Source: a phage
DNA length: 64,000 nt
Sequence record: PZ386977.1
Strand: one strand, 5' to 3'
Below the pieces are notes generated by a model. That model saw only the letters and a program-made list of their open reading frames with translations. It was not told the origin of the DNA and did no database searches. Made by a program: the position numbers and the translations under genes. This document shows, piece after piece, positions 1-12,701 of this stretch. How positions within the stretch are numbered: position 1 is the first letter of the stretch; every line of letters begins with the position of its first letter.

Positions 1-1839
<1,839 letters not shown>

Positions 1840-1866
1840 AAATAAAGCAAATTAAGAGGAATTAAA

Positions 1867-3849
1867 ATGTCACTTCTCTCTCCGGGCGTTGAGCTCAAAG
1901 AAACTACCGTACAGAGTACTGTAGTTAATAACTCCACTGGTACTGCTGCCCTGGCCGGAAAATTCCAATGGGGACCTGCATTCCAGATTAAACAAATCAC
2001 TGATGAAGTTGCATTAGTTGATATGTTTGGTACTCCTAATACGGATACAGCAGATTATTTCATGTCTGCTATGAACTTCCTTCAATATGGTAATGACCTT
2101 CGTGTTGTACGCGCAGTTGACCGTGATACTGCTAAGAACTCATCTCCTGTAGCAGGCAATATTGAATTCACAATCTCTGCTACTGGTAGTAACTATGCAG
2201 TTGGTGATAAAATTATCGTTAAGTATTTGACCGAAACTGTTGAAGCAGATGGTTATGTCACTTCAGTTGATGTCGATGGTAAAATTCTTAACATTTATAT
2301 CCCAACCGGTAAAATTATTGCTCGTGCAAAAGAAATTAATGAATATCCGGCATTGGGTTCTAACTGGACCGCCGAAGTTGCCAGTTCTTCTTCTGGACTT
2401 TCTGGCGTTATTACAATTGGTTCTATCGTAACCGATTCGGGTATTCTGTTAACTGAAGTTGAAACTTCTGAAGAAGCTATTACTTCTCTAACTTTCCAAG
2501 AATCTATTAAAAAATATGGTGTCCCAGGCGTAGTTGCTCTTTATCCTGGTGAACTTGGCGACCAGCTCGAAATTGAAATCGTATCTAAAGCAGACTATGA
2601 CAAAGGTGCTTCAGCCCAGTTAAAAATTTATCCTGATGGTGGTACTCGTGCATCTACGGCTAAAGCAATCTTTGGATATGGCCCACAGTCTGATGACCAA
2701 TATGCAATTATAGTTCGTCGTAACGATGCTGTAGTTCAGAGCGTAGTTCTTTCTACTAAACGTGGTGAACGCGATATTTATGGTAGTAATATCTTTATTG
2801 ATGATTTCTTTGCTAAAGGTGCAAGCAATTATATTTTCGCTACTGCACAAGGTTGGCCAAAAGGTTTCTCTGGCGTAATCAAACTGGGTGGTGGCTTATC
2901 ATCTAATGAAACGGTTGACGCTGGTGATTTAATGGAAGCTTGGGATTTGTTTGCTGACCGCGAATCTGTTAATGCGCAGTTGTTTATTGCAGGTTCTTGT
3001 GCAGGTGAATCTTTAGAAGTTGCTTCTACAGTTCAGAAACATGTTGTAGCAATTGGTGATTCTCGCCAAGATTGTTTGGTTCTTTGCTCACCGCCACGTG
3101 CAACTATAGTCGGTATTCCTGTTAATCGTGCAGTTGATAATCTGGTTGATTGGCGTACTGCGTCAGGAACTTACACTGATAATAACTTTAATGTAAGTTC
3201 TACTTATGCTGCTATTGACGGTAACTATAAATATCAATATGACAAATATAATGACGTGAATCGTTGGGTTCCATTAGCTGCTGATATCGCTGGTCTTTGT
3301 GCTCGTACAGACAATATTTCTCAGCCTTGGATGTCTCCAGCCGGTTATAACCGTGGACAAATTCTTAACGTTATTAAGCTTGCAATTGAAACTCGCCAAG
3401 CGCAGCGTGATCGTTTGTATCAGGAAGCTATTAACCCTGTTACTGGTACCGGTGGTGATGGGTATGTTCTGTACGGTGATAAAACTGCCACTTCTGTTCC
3501 TTCACCATTTGACCGTATTAACGTTCGTCGTTTGTTCAATATGGTTAAAACGAACATTGGTTCAGCATCCAAATATCGCCTGTTTGAATTGAACAACGCA
3601 TTTACCCGTTCTTCTTTCCGTACAGAGACTTCTCAATATCTACAGGGTATTAAAGCTCTCGGTGGTGTATATAACTTTAAAGTTGTTTGTGATACTACCA
3701 ATAACACCCCAGCAGTTATCGACCGTAATGAATTTGTAGCTACTTTCTACTTACAACCAGCCCGCTCGATAAATTATATTACGTTGAACTTTGTAGCAAC
3801 AGCAACTGGTGCCGATTTCGACGAACTAATTGGTGCTGTAGGTGCCTAA
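1867..3849 (+). CDS. 18: tail sheath protein (gp18)
   Basis: 660-aa ORF, size and position match T4 gp18; late promoter and RBS upstream. Confidence 0.93.
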   Translation: MSLLSPGVELKETTVQSTVVNNSTGTAALAGKFQWGPAFQIKQITDEVALVDMFGTPNTDTADYFMSAMNFLQYGNDLRVVRAVDRDTAKNSSPVAGNIEFTISATGSNYAVGDKIIVKYLTETVEADGYVTSVDVDGKILNIYIPTGKIIARAKEINEYPALGSNWTAEVASSSSGLSGVITIGSIVTDSGILLTEVETSEEAITSLTFQESIKKYGVPGVVALYPGELGDQLEIEIVSKADYDKGASAQLKIYPDGGTRASTAKAIFGYGPQSDDQYAIIVRRNDAVVQSVVLSTKRGERDIYGSNIFIDDFFAKGASNYIFATAQGWPKGFSGVIKLGGGLSSNETVDAGDLMEAWDLFADRESVNAQLFIAGSCAGESLEVASTVQKHVVAIGDSRQDCLVLCSPPRATIVGIPVNRAVDNLVDWRTASGTYTDNNFNVSSTYAAIDGNYKYQYDKYNDVNRWVPLAADIAGLCARTDNISQPWMSPAGYNRGQILNVIKLAIETRQAQRDRLYQEAINPVTGTGGDGYVLYGDKTATSVPSPFDRINVRRLFNMVKTNIGSASKYRLFELNNAFTRSSFRTETSQYLQGIKALGGVYNFKVVCDTTNNTPAVIDRNEFVATFYLQPARSINYITLNFVATATGADFDELIGAVGA

Positions 3850-3881
3850 TAAGACGCCTGATGGGCTATTTCGGTAGCCCA

Positions 3882-3889
3882 TATAAATA
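3882..3889 (+). promoter_or_regulatory. late promoter TATAAATA upstream of gene 19, preceded by stem-loop 3863..3880
   Basis: TATAAATA motif; hairpin GGGCTA-TTTCGG-TAGCCC immediately 5' of it. Confidence 0.65.
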
Positions 3890-3961
3890 TACTATATCGT
3901 TTAAAAATTAATTCTATGGGCATCTGGTTAATCCTAAGCCCATATTACTACAGAGGCTAAT

Positions 3962-4453
3962 ATGTTTGTAGATGACGTAACTCGTGCCTTCGAATCAGGT
4001 GATTTCGCTCGCCCTAACCTGTTCGAAGTAGAAATCTCTTATCTTGGGCAAAACTTTAGCTTCCAGTGTCGTGCTACGGCTCTTCCTGCTGCAATCGTTG
4101 AAAAGGTTCCTGTTTCTTATATGAACCGTAAAATTAACGTGGCCGGTGATCGTACATTCGATGATTGGACTATTACAGTAATGAACGACGATGCTCATAG
4201 TATTCGTCAGAAATTTGTTGATTGGCAAGGTATTGCAGCAGGTCAAGGTAATGAAATTACCGGTGGTAAACCTGCTGAATATAAAAAGTCTGCTATCGTT
4301 CGTCAATTTGCTCGTGATGCTAAAACGGTCACTAAAGAAGTTGAAATTGTTGGCTTGTGGCCTACTAACGTTGGTGAAGTATCTCTTGACTGGGATTCGA
4401 ATAACGAGATTGAAACGTTCGAAGTAACTCTTGCTCTTGATTGGTGGGAATAA
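3962..4453 (+). CDS. 19: tail tube protein (gp19)
   Basis: 163-aa ORF directly after sheath gene, T4 gp19 size. Confidence 0.93.
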   Translation: MFVDDVTRAFESGDFARPNLFEVEISYLGQNFSFQCRATALPAAIVEKVPVSYMNRKINVAGDRTFDDWTITVMNDDAHSIRQKFVDWQGIAAGQGNEITGGKPAEYKKSAIVRQFARDAKTVTKEVEIVGLWPTNVGEVSLDWDSNNEIETFEVTLALDWWE

Positions 4454-4501
4454 TCTGGTTGGGGAGAAATCCCCAGCTTCCCGTGATGACGGAGAAGTCC
4501 A

Positions 4502-4509
4502 TATAAATA
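4502..4509 (+). promoter_or_regulatory. late promoter TATAAATA upstream of gene 20
   Basis: TATAAATA 29 nt upstream of ATG; hairpin GGGG-AGAAAT-CCCC at 4461..4474. Confidence 0.65.
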
Positions 4510-4537
4510 TAACTATAATTCCCATTCGGAGAATACA

Positions 4538-6109
4538 ATGAAATTTAATATCTTAAGTTTGTTTGCTCCATGGGCAAAAATGGACGAACGTGATTACAAA
4601 GACCAAGAAAAAGAAAATTTAGAATCGATCACCACACCAAAATTAGACGACGGCGCGAAAGAATACGAAGTATCTGAAAATGAAGCACAGCAAACATATA
4701 ATGCTATGTTTCAGAGAATGTTCGGTAGCCAAGAACCAGGGCTCAAATCAACCCGTGAATTAATCGATACGTATCGAAATTTGATGACGAACTATGAAGT
4801 GGATAATGCAGTCTCTGAAATAGTTTCTGATGCTATCGTATATGAAGATGATACAGAAGTCGTTTCTATAAATTTAGACAACACAAAATTTAGTCCAAAT
4901 ATAAAATCAATGATGTTGGATGAATTTAACGAAGTGTTGAATCATTTATCTTTCCAACGTAAAGGTTCAGACCATTTTAGGCGTTGGTATGTAGATTCTC
5001 GAATTTTCTTCCATAAAATTATTGACCCTAAACGCCCTAAAGAAGGTATTAAAGAGCTTCGTCGTTTAGACCCACGTCAAGTTCAATATGTCCGTGAAGT
5101 TATTACAACCACTGAAGCCGGTGTTAAAATAGTCAAGGGTTATAAAGAATATTTCATTTATGACACATCACACGAATCTTATGCTTGTGATGGTCGCATA
5201 TATGAAGCTGGCACAAAAATAAAAATCCCTAAAGCCGCGATTGTTTATGCCCATTCTGGTTTAGTTGATTGTTGTGGTAAAAATATCATTGGTTATTTGC
5301 ATCGGGCTATTAAGCCGGCGAACCAATTAAAACTTCTTGAAGATGCCGTCGTAATTTATCGTATTACTCGTGCTCCCGATCGTCGTGTATGGTACGTTGA
5401 TACAGGTAATATGCCTTCAAGAAAAGCAGCAGAACATATGCAACATGTTATGAATACGATGAAAAACCGTATTGCATATGATGCTACTACAGGCAAGATT
5501 AAAAACCAACAGCATATTATGTCGATGACCGAAGATTATTGGTTACAACGACGTGATGGTAAAGCAGTAACAGAAGTTGACACATTACCAGGTGCAGATA
5601 ATACCGGAAATATGGAAGATGTACGTTGGTTCCGTAATGCGCTTTATATGGCTTTACGTATTCCTATTACCCGTATTCCAAGTGACCAAGGTGGTATACA
5701 GTTTGATGCTGGTACTTCTATTACACGAGATGAATTGTCATTTGGTAAATTTATTCGTGAGCTGCAACATAAATTTGAAGAGATATTCCTAGACCCGCTT
5801 AAAACTAATTTAATTCTTAAAGGAATTATTACAGAAGATGAGTGGAATGATGAAATAAATAATATTAAGATAAAATTTCATCGGGATAGTTATTTCTCGG
5901 AATTAAAGGATGCTGAGATTCTGGAGCGTCGCATTAATATGCTTCAGATGGCCGAACCATTTATTGGTAAATATATTTCTCACAGAACAGCTATGAAAGA
6001 TATTCTTCAGATGTCTGACGAGGAAATTGAACAAGAGGCTAAGCAAATTGAAGAAGAGTCGAAAGAGGCTCGTTTCCAAGACCCCGACCAAGAACAAGAG
6101 GATTTTTAA
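4538..6109 (+). CDS. 20: portal vertex protein (gp20)
   Basis: 523-aa ORF; position between tube gene and prohead core genes as in T4. Confidence 0.93.
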   Translation: MKFNILSLFAPWAKMDERDYKDQEKENLESITTPKLDDGAKEYEVSENEAQQTYNAMFQRMFGSQEPGLKSTRELIDTYRNLMTNYEVDNAVSEIVSDAIVYEDDTEVVSINLDNTKFSPNIKSMMLDEFNEVLNHLSFQRKGSDHFRRWYVDSRIFFHKIIDPKRPKEGIKELRRLDPRQVQYVREVITTTEAGVKIVKGYKEYFIYDTSHESYACDGRIYEAGTKIKIPKAAIVYAHSGLVDCCGKNIIGYLHRAIKPANQLKLLEDAVVIYRITRAPDRRVWYVDTGNMPSRKAAEHMQHVMNTMKNRIAYDATTGKIKNQQHIMSMTEDYWLQRRDGKAVTEVDTLPGADNTGNMEDVRWFRNALYMALRIPITRIPSDQGGIQFDAGTSITRDELSFGKFIRELQHKFEEIFLDPLKTNLILKGIITEDEWNDEINNIKIKFHRDSYFSELKDAEILERRINMLQMAEPFIGKYISHRTAMKDILQMSDEEIEQEAKQIEEESKEARFQDPDQEQEDF

Positions 6110-6345
6110 TGGACGATTTAATTCAAGCTATTAAATCAAACGACCTCGTTGCTACTCGAAAGTTTTTTGAAAGTGCAATGGCAGAAAAAACGGTTCGTTT
6201 GATTGAAGCACGCAAAGCAGAAATCGCTTCTCAATTTTTGATTGAAGGCGAAGAACCTGAAGAAGAAAAGAAAGCTAAAGCTTCGGAAGACGACGCTGAT
6301 GAAGGCGATGACGACGAAGACGAAGATGATGAGGACGATGAATAA
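6109..6345 (+). CDS. 67: prohead core protein (gp67)
   Basis: 78-aa ORF with poly-Asp/Glu C-terminal tail; start overlaps gp20 stop. Confidence 0.85.
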   Translation: MDDLIQAIKSNDLVATRKFFESAMAEKTVRLIEARKAEIASQFLIEGEEPEEEKKAKASEDDADEGDDDEDEDDEDDE

Positions 6346-6770
6346 TGTATCTTATCCCTGAATCTTATGAATTGGTACTCGAAAATGTCGAAGCACTTAT
6401 TCCTGAAGCACAGGGCCGAATCGATGCATTGTCTTCTGCTCTCGATATTGACGATATAAATACTATTATCGAGAACATGCTTGAAACTGAAACGGATTTA
6501 GCTGTTGCAATGGCTTCCATTATTAATGAAGAACAGTTAAATGAGTTTATCGTTAAACATGTTTCTTCTCGTGGTGAAGTCACCCGCACTAAAGACCGTA
6601 AAACTCGTGAACGTAACGCGTTCCAAACAACCGGTCTTTCTAAAGCAAAACGTAGACAAATCGCTCGTAAGGTCGTTAAAGCTAAAAAAGCTAACCCTTC
6701 AGGCCAAGTTAAAGGCTTGCGTAAGCGTAAAAAAGCTCTTAAACGTCGTAAAGCATTAGGATTAAGCTAA
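6345..6770 (+). CDS. 68: prohead core protein (gp68)
   Basis: 141-aa ORF with basic C-terminus; translationally coupled between 67 and 21. Confidence 0.85.
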   Translation: MYLIPESYELVLENVEALIPEAQGRIDALSSALDIDDINTIIENMLETETDLAVAMASIINEEQLNEFIVKHVSSRGEVTRTKDRKTRERNAFQTTGLSKAKRRQIARKVVKAKKANPSGQVKGLRKRKKALKRRKALGLS

Positions 6771-7411
6771 TGAATAAACCCGAGTTACTTATTGAAACTT
6801 GGGGTCAACCCGGTGAGATTATTGATGGCGTTCCAATGTTGGAATCTCATGATGGAAAAGATTCTGGCTTAAAACCAGGGCTTTATATAGAAGGTATTTT
6901 TCTTCAGGCAGAGGTTGTTAACCGAAATAAACGTTTATATCCTAAACGCGTTTTGGAAAAAGCAGTAAGTGACTATATTAAAGAACAAGTCGAAACCAAA
7001 CAAGCCCTTGGAGAATTAAACCATCCACCTCGTGCAAATGTTGACCCTATGCAAGCCGCTATCATTATTGAAGATATGTGGTGGAAAGGAAACGATGTAT
7101 ATGGACGTGCTAGAATTATTGAAGGCGACCATGGTCCCGGTGATAAATTAGCTGCTAATATACGAGCTGGTTGGATTCCAGGTGTTTCCTCTCGTGGTCT
7201 TGGTTCTTTAACCGACACCAATAAAGGGTACCGTATCGTGAACGAAGGATTTAAATTAACCGTCGGTGTAGATGCCGTATGGGGACCTTCTGCTCCAGAT
7301 GCTTGGGTTACTCCTAAACAAATATCAGAATCAGAAAATTCGGTGGAAATCACCAAAAACAGTGCTGATGAAGCATTTAAAGCTCTCGCAGAGAGTTTAA
7401 AAGCATTATAA
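6770..7411 (+). CDS. 21: prohead core protease (gp21)
   Basis: 213-aa ORF, T4 gp21 size and position. Confidence 0.9.
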   Translation: MNKPELLIETWGQPGEIIDGVPMLESHDGKDSGLKPGLYIEGIFLQAEVVNRNKRLYPKRVLEKAVSDYIKEQVETKQALGELNHPPRANVDPMQAAIIIEDMWWKGNDVYGRARIIEGDHGPGDKLAANIRAGWIPGVSSRGLGSLTDTNKGYRIVNEGFKLTVGVDAVWGPSAPDAWVTPKQISESENSVEITKNSADEAFKALAESLKAL

Positions 7412-7414
7412 ATA
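7407..7414 (+). promoter_or_regulatory. late promoter TATAAATA upstream of gene 22
   Basis: TATAAATA overlapping the gp21 stop codon. Confidence 0.6.
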
Positions 7415-7444
7415 ATAATGTAATCTAAACCACAGGACACTAAA

Positions 7445-8257
7445 ATGATCAAAGAACAACTTTTGAAAGAAGCTCAGAATATCGAGACTTCAGTTGCTCT
7501 TAATAGTGTTTTCGAATCAGTAGAACTGTCTCCGGACGTTAAAGCTAATTTCAGCACTGTATTCGAAGCCACCGTTAAGCAGGAAGCAGTCAAACTAGCT
7601 GAATCTCATATCAAAGCTATCGCCGAAAAAGCCGAAGAAGAAGTTGAAAAGGCTAAAGAAGATGCTGAAGAGAAAGCTGATAAAAAATTGGCTGAACAAG
7701 CTTCTAAATTCCTGGACCATCTTGCAAAAGAATGGCTCGCAGAAAACCAAATCGCAGTTGATAAAGGCATTAAAGCTGATTTGTTCGAATCCATGCTTGG
7801 TGGTCTGAAAGAACTGTTTGTTGAACATAACGTTGTTGTTCCAGAAGAATCTGTAGATGTTGTAGCAGAAATGGAAGAAGAGCTGGCCGAACATAAAGAA
7901 GAAACCGCTCGTTTGTTCGAAGAAGTTACCAAACGTGATGCATATATCAATTACGTTCAGCGTGAAACCGCTATTAATGAAAGCGTAAAAGACCTGACTG
8001 AATCTCAGAAAGAAAAAGTTATTGGCCTGGTTGAAGGTATGGATTATTCTGACGCATTTGGTACTAAGTTAACTGCTATTGTAGAAATGGTTAAAGGTTC
8101 TACTAAAGAAGAAGCCGATATTACCGAAAGTATAAATACAGTTGACAATGACGCTGCCGGTCTTAATTTTGTTGCCGAAGCAGTTGACACTACCACAACT
8201 CAGGTAGAACAGAATTCTAATGTAAGTTTATATGCGAAAGTCGCATCTCGTTTCTAA
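7445..8257 (+). CDS. 22: prohead core scaffold protein (gp22)
   Basis: 270-aa highly acidic, helical, E/K/A-rich ORF immediately upstream of the major capsid gene. Confidence 0.9.
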   Translation: MIKEQLLKEAQNIETSVALNSVFESVELSPDVKANFSTVFEATVKQEAVKLAESHIKAIAEKAEEEVEKAKEDAEEKADKKLAEQASKFLDHLAKEWLAENQIAVDKGIKADLFESMLGGLKELFVEHNVVVPEESVDVVAEMEEELAEHKEETARLFEEVTKRDAYINYVQRETAINESVKDLTESQKEKVIGLVEGMDYSDAFGTKLTAIVEMVKGSTKEEADITESINTVDNDAAGLNFVAEAVDTTTTQVEQNSNVSLYAKVASRF

Positions 8258-8274
8258 TTTAAAGGTTAACACAA

Positions 8275-9843
8275 ATGACTACTATCAAAACTAAAGCTCA
8301 GCTCGTAGACAAATGGAAAGAACTGCTGGAAGGTGAAGGCCTGCCGGAAATCGCTAATAGCAAGCAGGCTATTATCGCTAAAATCTTCGAAAACCAGGAA
8401 AAAGATTTCGAAGTATCCCCTGAATATAAAGACGAGAAAATCGCTCAGGCATTTGGTTCTTTCTTGACCGAAGCTGAAATTGGTGGTGACCACGGTTATA
8501 ATGCTCAGAACATCGCAGCAGGTCAAACCTCTGGTGCAGTAACCCAAATTGGGCCGGCAGTTATGGGTATGGTTCGTCGTGCTATTCCTAATCTGATCGC
8601 TTTTGATATTTGTGGTGTTCAGCCTATGAACAGCCCTACCGGTCAGGTATTTGCTCTCCGTGCAGTATATGGTAAAGACCCTATCGCTGCTGGCGCTAAA
8701 GAAGCTTTCCATCCGATGTATGCCCCAGACGCGATGTTCTCTGGACAGGGTGCTGCTAAGAAATTCCCAGCTCTGGCTGCTGACACTACTACTGTTGTAG
8801 GTGATATCTATACTCACTTCTTCCAAGAAACTGGTACTGTATATCTGCAAGCTTCTGCTATCGTAACACTTGATTCTGGTGCAACTGATGCAGCTAAATT
8901 AGATGCAGAAGTTAAGAAACAAATGGAAGCTGGTGCACTGGTAGAAATCGCTGAAGGTATGGCTACTTCTATCGCTGAACTCCAGGAAGGTTTCAACGGT
9001 TCTACCGACAACCCGTGGAACGAAATGGGCTTCCGTATCGATAAACAAGTTATCGAAGCTAAATCTCGCCAGCTGAAAGCTGCTTACTCCATCGAATTGG
9101 CACAAGACCTCCGTGCAGTACACGGTATGGATGCTGATGCTGAACTGAGCGGTATTCTGGCTACAGAAATTATGCTAGAAATCAACCGTGAAGTTGTTGA
9201 TTGGATTAACTACTCAGCACAGGTTGGTAAATCTGGTATGACACTGACTCCTGGTTCTAAAGCTGGTGTATTTGACTTCCAGGACCCGATTGATATCCGT
9301 GGTGCTCGTTGGGCCGGTGAAAGCTTTAAATCTCTGTTGTTCCAGATTGATAAAGAAGCAGTTGAAATTGCTCGTCAAACCGGTCGTGGTGAAGGTAACT
9401 TCATTATCGCTTCCCGTAACGTAGTTAACGTACTGGCTTCAGTTGATACTGGTATTTCTTACGCTGCACAAGGTCTGGCTTCTGGTTTTAATACCGACAC
9501 TACTAAGTCTGTATTTGCCGGTGTACTTGGTGGTAAATACCGCGTATACATCGACCAGTATGCTAAACAGGATTATTTCACCGTTGGTTACAAAGGCGCT
9601 AACGAAATGGATGCAGGTATTTACTATGCTCCTTATGTTGCACTTACCCCACTGCGTGGTTCCGATCCTAAGAACTTCCAGCCGGTAATGGGCTTTAAAA
9701 CTCGTTACGGTATCGGTGTTAACCCGTTTGCTGAAAGTTCCCTGCAGGCTCCAGGTGCTCGCATCCAGTCCGGTATGCCGTCTATCCTGAACAGCCTTGG
9801 TAAGAACGCTTACTTCCGCCGTGTATATGTAAAAGGCATCTAA
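8275..9843 (+). CDS. 23: major capsid protein (gp23)
   Basis: 522-aa ORF, T4 gp23 size and position; strongly biased codon usage typical of a highly expressed late gene. Confidence 0.95.
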   Translation: MTTIKTKAQLVDKWKELLEGEGLPEIANSKQAIIAKIFENQEKDFEVSPEYKDEKIAQAFGSFLTEAEIGGDHGYNAQNIAAGQTSGAVTQIGPAVMGMVRRAIPNLIAFDICGVQPMNSPTGQVFALRAVYGKDPIAAGAKEAFHPMYAPDAMFSGQGAAKKFPALAADTTTVVGDIYTHFFQETGTVYLQASAIVTLDSGATDAAKLDAEVKKQMEAGALVEIAEGMATSIAELQEGFNGSTDNPWNEMGFRIDKQVIEAKSRQLKAAYSIELAQDLRAVHGMDADAELSGILATEIMLEINREVVDWINYSAQVGKSGMTLTPGSKAGVFDFQDPIDIRGARWAGESFKSLLFQIDKEAVEIARQTGRGEGNFIIASRNVVNVLASVDTGISYAAQGLASGFNTDTTKSVFAGVLGGKYRVYIDQYAKQDYFTVGYKGANEMDAGIYYAPYVALTPLRGSDPKNFQPVMGFKTRYGIGVNPFAESSLQAPGARIQSGMPSILNSLGKNAYFRRVYVKGI

Positions 9844-9867
9844 TCTTAATTGATTAAATCTTATTTT

Positions 9868-9893
9868 GGGAGACTTCGGTCTCCCATTTTTGG
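9868..9893 (+). terminator. intrinsic terminator after gene 23 (GGGAGAC-UUCG-GUCUCCC hairpin plus U-run)
   Basis: perfect 7-bp GC-rich stem, UUCG tetraloop, followed by ATTTTTGG. Confidence 0.85.
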
Positions 9894-9895
9894 TT

Positions 9896-10165
9896 TTATT
9901 TCTGTGCAATTTTGATGTAAGTTTTCAAAATATTTTGCCAATTAGGCATACCTTCTTGGACATATGCCGGAGAACCATCTTTGTTTTTGAATGATGCAAG
10001 TTTATCAGTGGCCCAATAACCTTTAGCTCGAGCTTCAGAATCAACTTTCATCCATACTTTGTTGAAGGCATTACCATTAACTTTTGCACCATATTTTTCT
10101 ACTAACTTAACTGCTTCAGCTTCCAGAACTTTTAAAGTATCTCGTAAGAAACGTGCTTTAGTCAT
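9896..10165 (-). CDS. hypothetical protein (89 aa), antisense accessory gene in the 23-24 junction
   Basis: ORF with RBS GGAG and its own early promoter; no recognisable motif. Confidence 0.6.
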   Translation of the reverse strand: MTKARFLRDTLKVLEAEAVKLVEKYGAKVNGNAFNKVWMKVDSEARAKGYWATDKLASFKNKDGSPAYVQEGMPNWQNILKTYIKIAQK

Positions 10166-10194
10166 TTTGTTTACTCCTCTGTAGTTGATAAGTC

Positions 10195-10225
10195 TATAGT
10201 ATCACATACCAAATACGTTGTAAAC
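10195..10225 (-). promoter_or_regulatory. T4-type early promoter (GTTTAC -35 / TACTATA -10) for the 89-aa ORF
   Basis: minus-strand GTTTAC and TACTATAG elements with about 17-nt spacing. Confidence 0.6.
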
Positions 10226-10231
10226 AATCTT

Positions 10232-10239
10232 TATAAATA
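10232..10239 (+). promoter_or_regulatory. late promoter TATAAATA upstream of gene 24
   Basis: TATAAATA 27 nt upstream of ATG with RBS AAGGAAA. Confidence 0.65.
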
Positions 10240-10266
10240 ATCTATATCACATAAGGAAAAAATGCA

Positions 10267-11550
10267 ATGAGTAAAATCCAAAAATTATTGCGTGAATCTA
10301 CAACGTCTACTAGCAACTCAATTGGTCGCCCAAATCTCGTTGCTTTGACTCGCGCTACGACTAAATTAATATATTCTGACATTGTAGCAACACAAAGAAC
10401 TAATCAACCTGTTGCTGCTTTTTATGGTATCAAATATCTTAACCCAGATAACGAATTCACATTTAAAACCGGTGCTACTTATGCTGGCGAAGTTGGATAT
10501 GTAGACCGAGAAAAAATTACCGAACTCACAGAAGAATCAAAAGTCACACTAAATAAAGGTGATTTTTTCAAATATAATAATATCGTCTATAAGGTGTTAG
10601 AAGATACACCATTTGCAGATATTCAAGAAAGTGATCTAGAATTAGCTCTTCAGATTGCAGTCGTTCATTTAAAGGTACGGTTATTTTCAGATGCAGCGGT
10701 AACAAGCAAATTTGAAAGCTCTGATAGCGAAATTTCTGATGCAAGATTCCAGATTAATAAATGGCAAACTTCAGTCAAATCTCGTAAACTTAAAACTGGC
10801 CTCACGGTTGAATTAGCGCAAGATTTGGAAGCGAATGGATTTGATGCCCCTAACTTCTTAGAAGATTTGCTTGCTACTGAAATGGCTGATGAAATTAATA
10901 AAGATATTCTTCAGTCTTTAATTACTGTATCGAAACGTTATAAAGTTACTGGAATTACTGACACCGGATTTATTGACTTGAGCTATGCATCCGCTCCAGA
11001 AGCAGGTCGTTCATTATATCGAATGGTGTGTGAAATGGTATCACACATTCAAAAAGAGACAACTTATACTGCAACGTTTTGTGTAGCCTCAGCTCGTGCA
11101 GCTGCTATTCTTGCTGCTTCTGGTTGGTTAAAACATAAGCCGGAAGATGACAAGTATCTTTCACAAAATGCTTATGGATTCTTGGCAAATGGATTACCTC
11201 TTTACTGCGATACCAACAGTCCGTTAGATTATGTTATTGCGGGTGTTGTAGAAAATATCGGCGAAAAAGAAATTGTAGGGTCCATCTTTTATGCTCCATA
11301 CACTGAAGGAGTAGATTTAGATGACCCAGAACATGTTGGTGCATTTAAAGTTGTAGTTGATCCAGAAAGCTTGCAACCATCTATAGGTTTATTGGTTAGA
11401 TATGCTTTATCTGCGAATCCTTACACAGTAGCAAAAGACGAAAAAGAAGCGAGAGTAATTGATGGTGGGGACATGGATAAAATGGCAGGACGTTCAGACT
11501 TGTCTGTTTTACTCGGTGTTAAATTGCCTAAAATTATTATAGATGAATAA
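10267..11550 (+). CDS. 24: capsid vertex protein (gp24)
   Basis: 427-aa ORF, T4 gp24 size; gp23-paralogue position. Confidence 0.93.
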   Translation: MSKIQKLLRESTTSTSNSIGRPNLVALTRATTKLIYSDIVATQRTNQPVAAFYGIKYLNPDNEFTFKTGATYAGEVGYVDREKITELTEESKVTLNKGDFFKYNNIVYKVLEDTPFADIQESDLELALQIAVVHLKVRLFSDAAVTSKFESSDSEISDARFQINKWQTSVKSRKLKTGLTVELAQDLEANGFDAPNFLEDLLATEMADEINKDILQSLITVSKRYKVTGITDTGFIDLSYASAPEAGRSLYRMVCEMVSHIQKETTYTATFCVASARAAAILAASGWLKHKPEDDKYLSQNAYGFLANGLPLYCDTNSPLDYVIAGVVENIGEKEIVGSIFYAPYTEGVDLDDPEHVGAFKVVVDPESLQPSIGLLVRYALSANPYTVAKDEKEARVIDGGDMDKMAGRSDLSVLLGVKLPKIIIDE

Positions 11551-11552
11551 AC

Positions 11553-11581
11553 AAAAAAAAGGGACCGTAAGGTCCCTTTTT
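11553..11581. terminator. bidirectional intrinsic terminator between gene 24 and rnlB
   Basis: A8 - GGGACC-GUAA-GGUCCC - U5; serves convergent genes. Confidence 0.85.
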
Positions 11582-11583
11582 AG

Positions 11584-12582
11584 TTATGATACTAATTCAA
11601 TCCATGCAGGACGCAGAACATCTTGCACCATTCGGACTAATTCTTTCTTAACAAGATTCGGATTATCGGATGATGTTAATACAATACCTTCACGAGAAGT
11701 TTCTTCCAGAATATCTTGAACAGTCAATCCCATCACTTTGCCGAAATCTTTTGGCGTTACAGTCCCAATCTTAGAAATCACATTATTAACACGGTTTAAT
11801 GTAACATAACAAGCTAGGACATCAAGCAAGTTTTTGTCAATTTCGGTTAATGGAACCTGAGTTTTAATAGGCTTATCAGACTTTTTCTTTTCACTGAATT
11901 TAGAGTTCTTACACTTAATAGCTACACGAGTACCGTTTGGCAGCCATTTAGGGAAACAAGGCTTCAGAACATAACCTTCTGCCGTATTATCGCCAATAAC
12001 ATTAGCATCAAATACACAATTATTTGCTTCAACAAGGTCTTCTGACGCAGTAGCATTATAAGCGGCTAAGACGGAATCAAGGTCATTTGGAATCATGATA
12101 AGAGAATCAAATGTTCCACGACCAAGCATTGGTGCCATTTTAAAACCGAATTCATTACAGATATCTTGCATTTCGTAATCGGTCAAATACGTATTATCAC
12201 CACTTTCTGTATTGATAATGATATCGAACACATAAAAATCTTTTTCACCGTAGTCAACACCTTTCTGGATTCCACCACCAGCGAATTCACCGAATACTTG
12301 ATATGATACGGCTCGAGCTGTGTACATGAATTCCTGAACGGCTTTAATAGCTTTATCATACTTCTTGAGTACGATTTCATAACCATAAAAATCTTCTGCT
12401 GGAAGAATAGGGCCTGTGCGCTTGGCGCATGTGACGTTGTCACGTTCTATAATTAAACTAAAGTTGGTCCCATGGATTTTCTCACGTGCTACCCAAACAC
12501 CAGTAGTCAAACCATTAGTGTAGAGTTTTTCAATAAACTTAGAGTTGTAGTGGTTTTCAAGACTGCTGTATTTCTTAAACAT
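11584..12582 (-). CDS. rnlB: RNA ligase 2 (Rnl2)
   Basis: 332-aa ORF; nucleotidyltransferase motif I KIHGTN (adenylated lysine); T4 position after gene 24. Confidence 0.9.
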   Translation of the reverse strand: MFKKYSSLENHYNSKFIEKLYTNGLTTGVWVAREKIHGTNFSLIIERDNVTCAKRTGPILPAEDFYGYEIVLKKYDKAIKAVQEFMYTARAVSYQVFGEFAGGGIQKGVDYGEKDFYVFDIIINTESGDNTYLTDYEMQDICNEFGFKMAPMLGRGTFDSLIMIPNDLDSVLAAYNATASEDLVEANNCVFDANVIGDNTAEGYVLKPCFPKWLPNGTRVAIKCKNSKFSEKKKSDKPIKTQVPLTEIDKNLLDVLACYVTLNRVNNVISKIGTVTPKDFGKVMGLTVQDILEETSREGIVLTSSDNPNLVKKELVRMVQDVLRPAWIELVS

Positions 12583-12701
12583 AAATCACCATTATAAATA
12601 ATAATATCAAAATAATTAGCAGAGACTCTATCTCTGACCGGATGTTTAATTTGAATGGATAGAACCTAGATTCATTATACCATCAAAAAATGTAAAGCAT
12701 A

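Noticed and set aside
7595-7950. Two minus-strand ORFs (99 and 114 aa) inside gene 22
   Set aside because: Low-complexity mirror images of the E/K/A-rich scaffold coding strand; no RBS or promoter; overlap a well-supported gene.
8266-8850. 194-aa minus-strand ORF inside gene 23
   Set aside because: Entirely antisense to the major capsid gene, no start context; typical shadow ORF.
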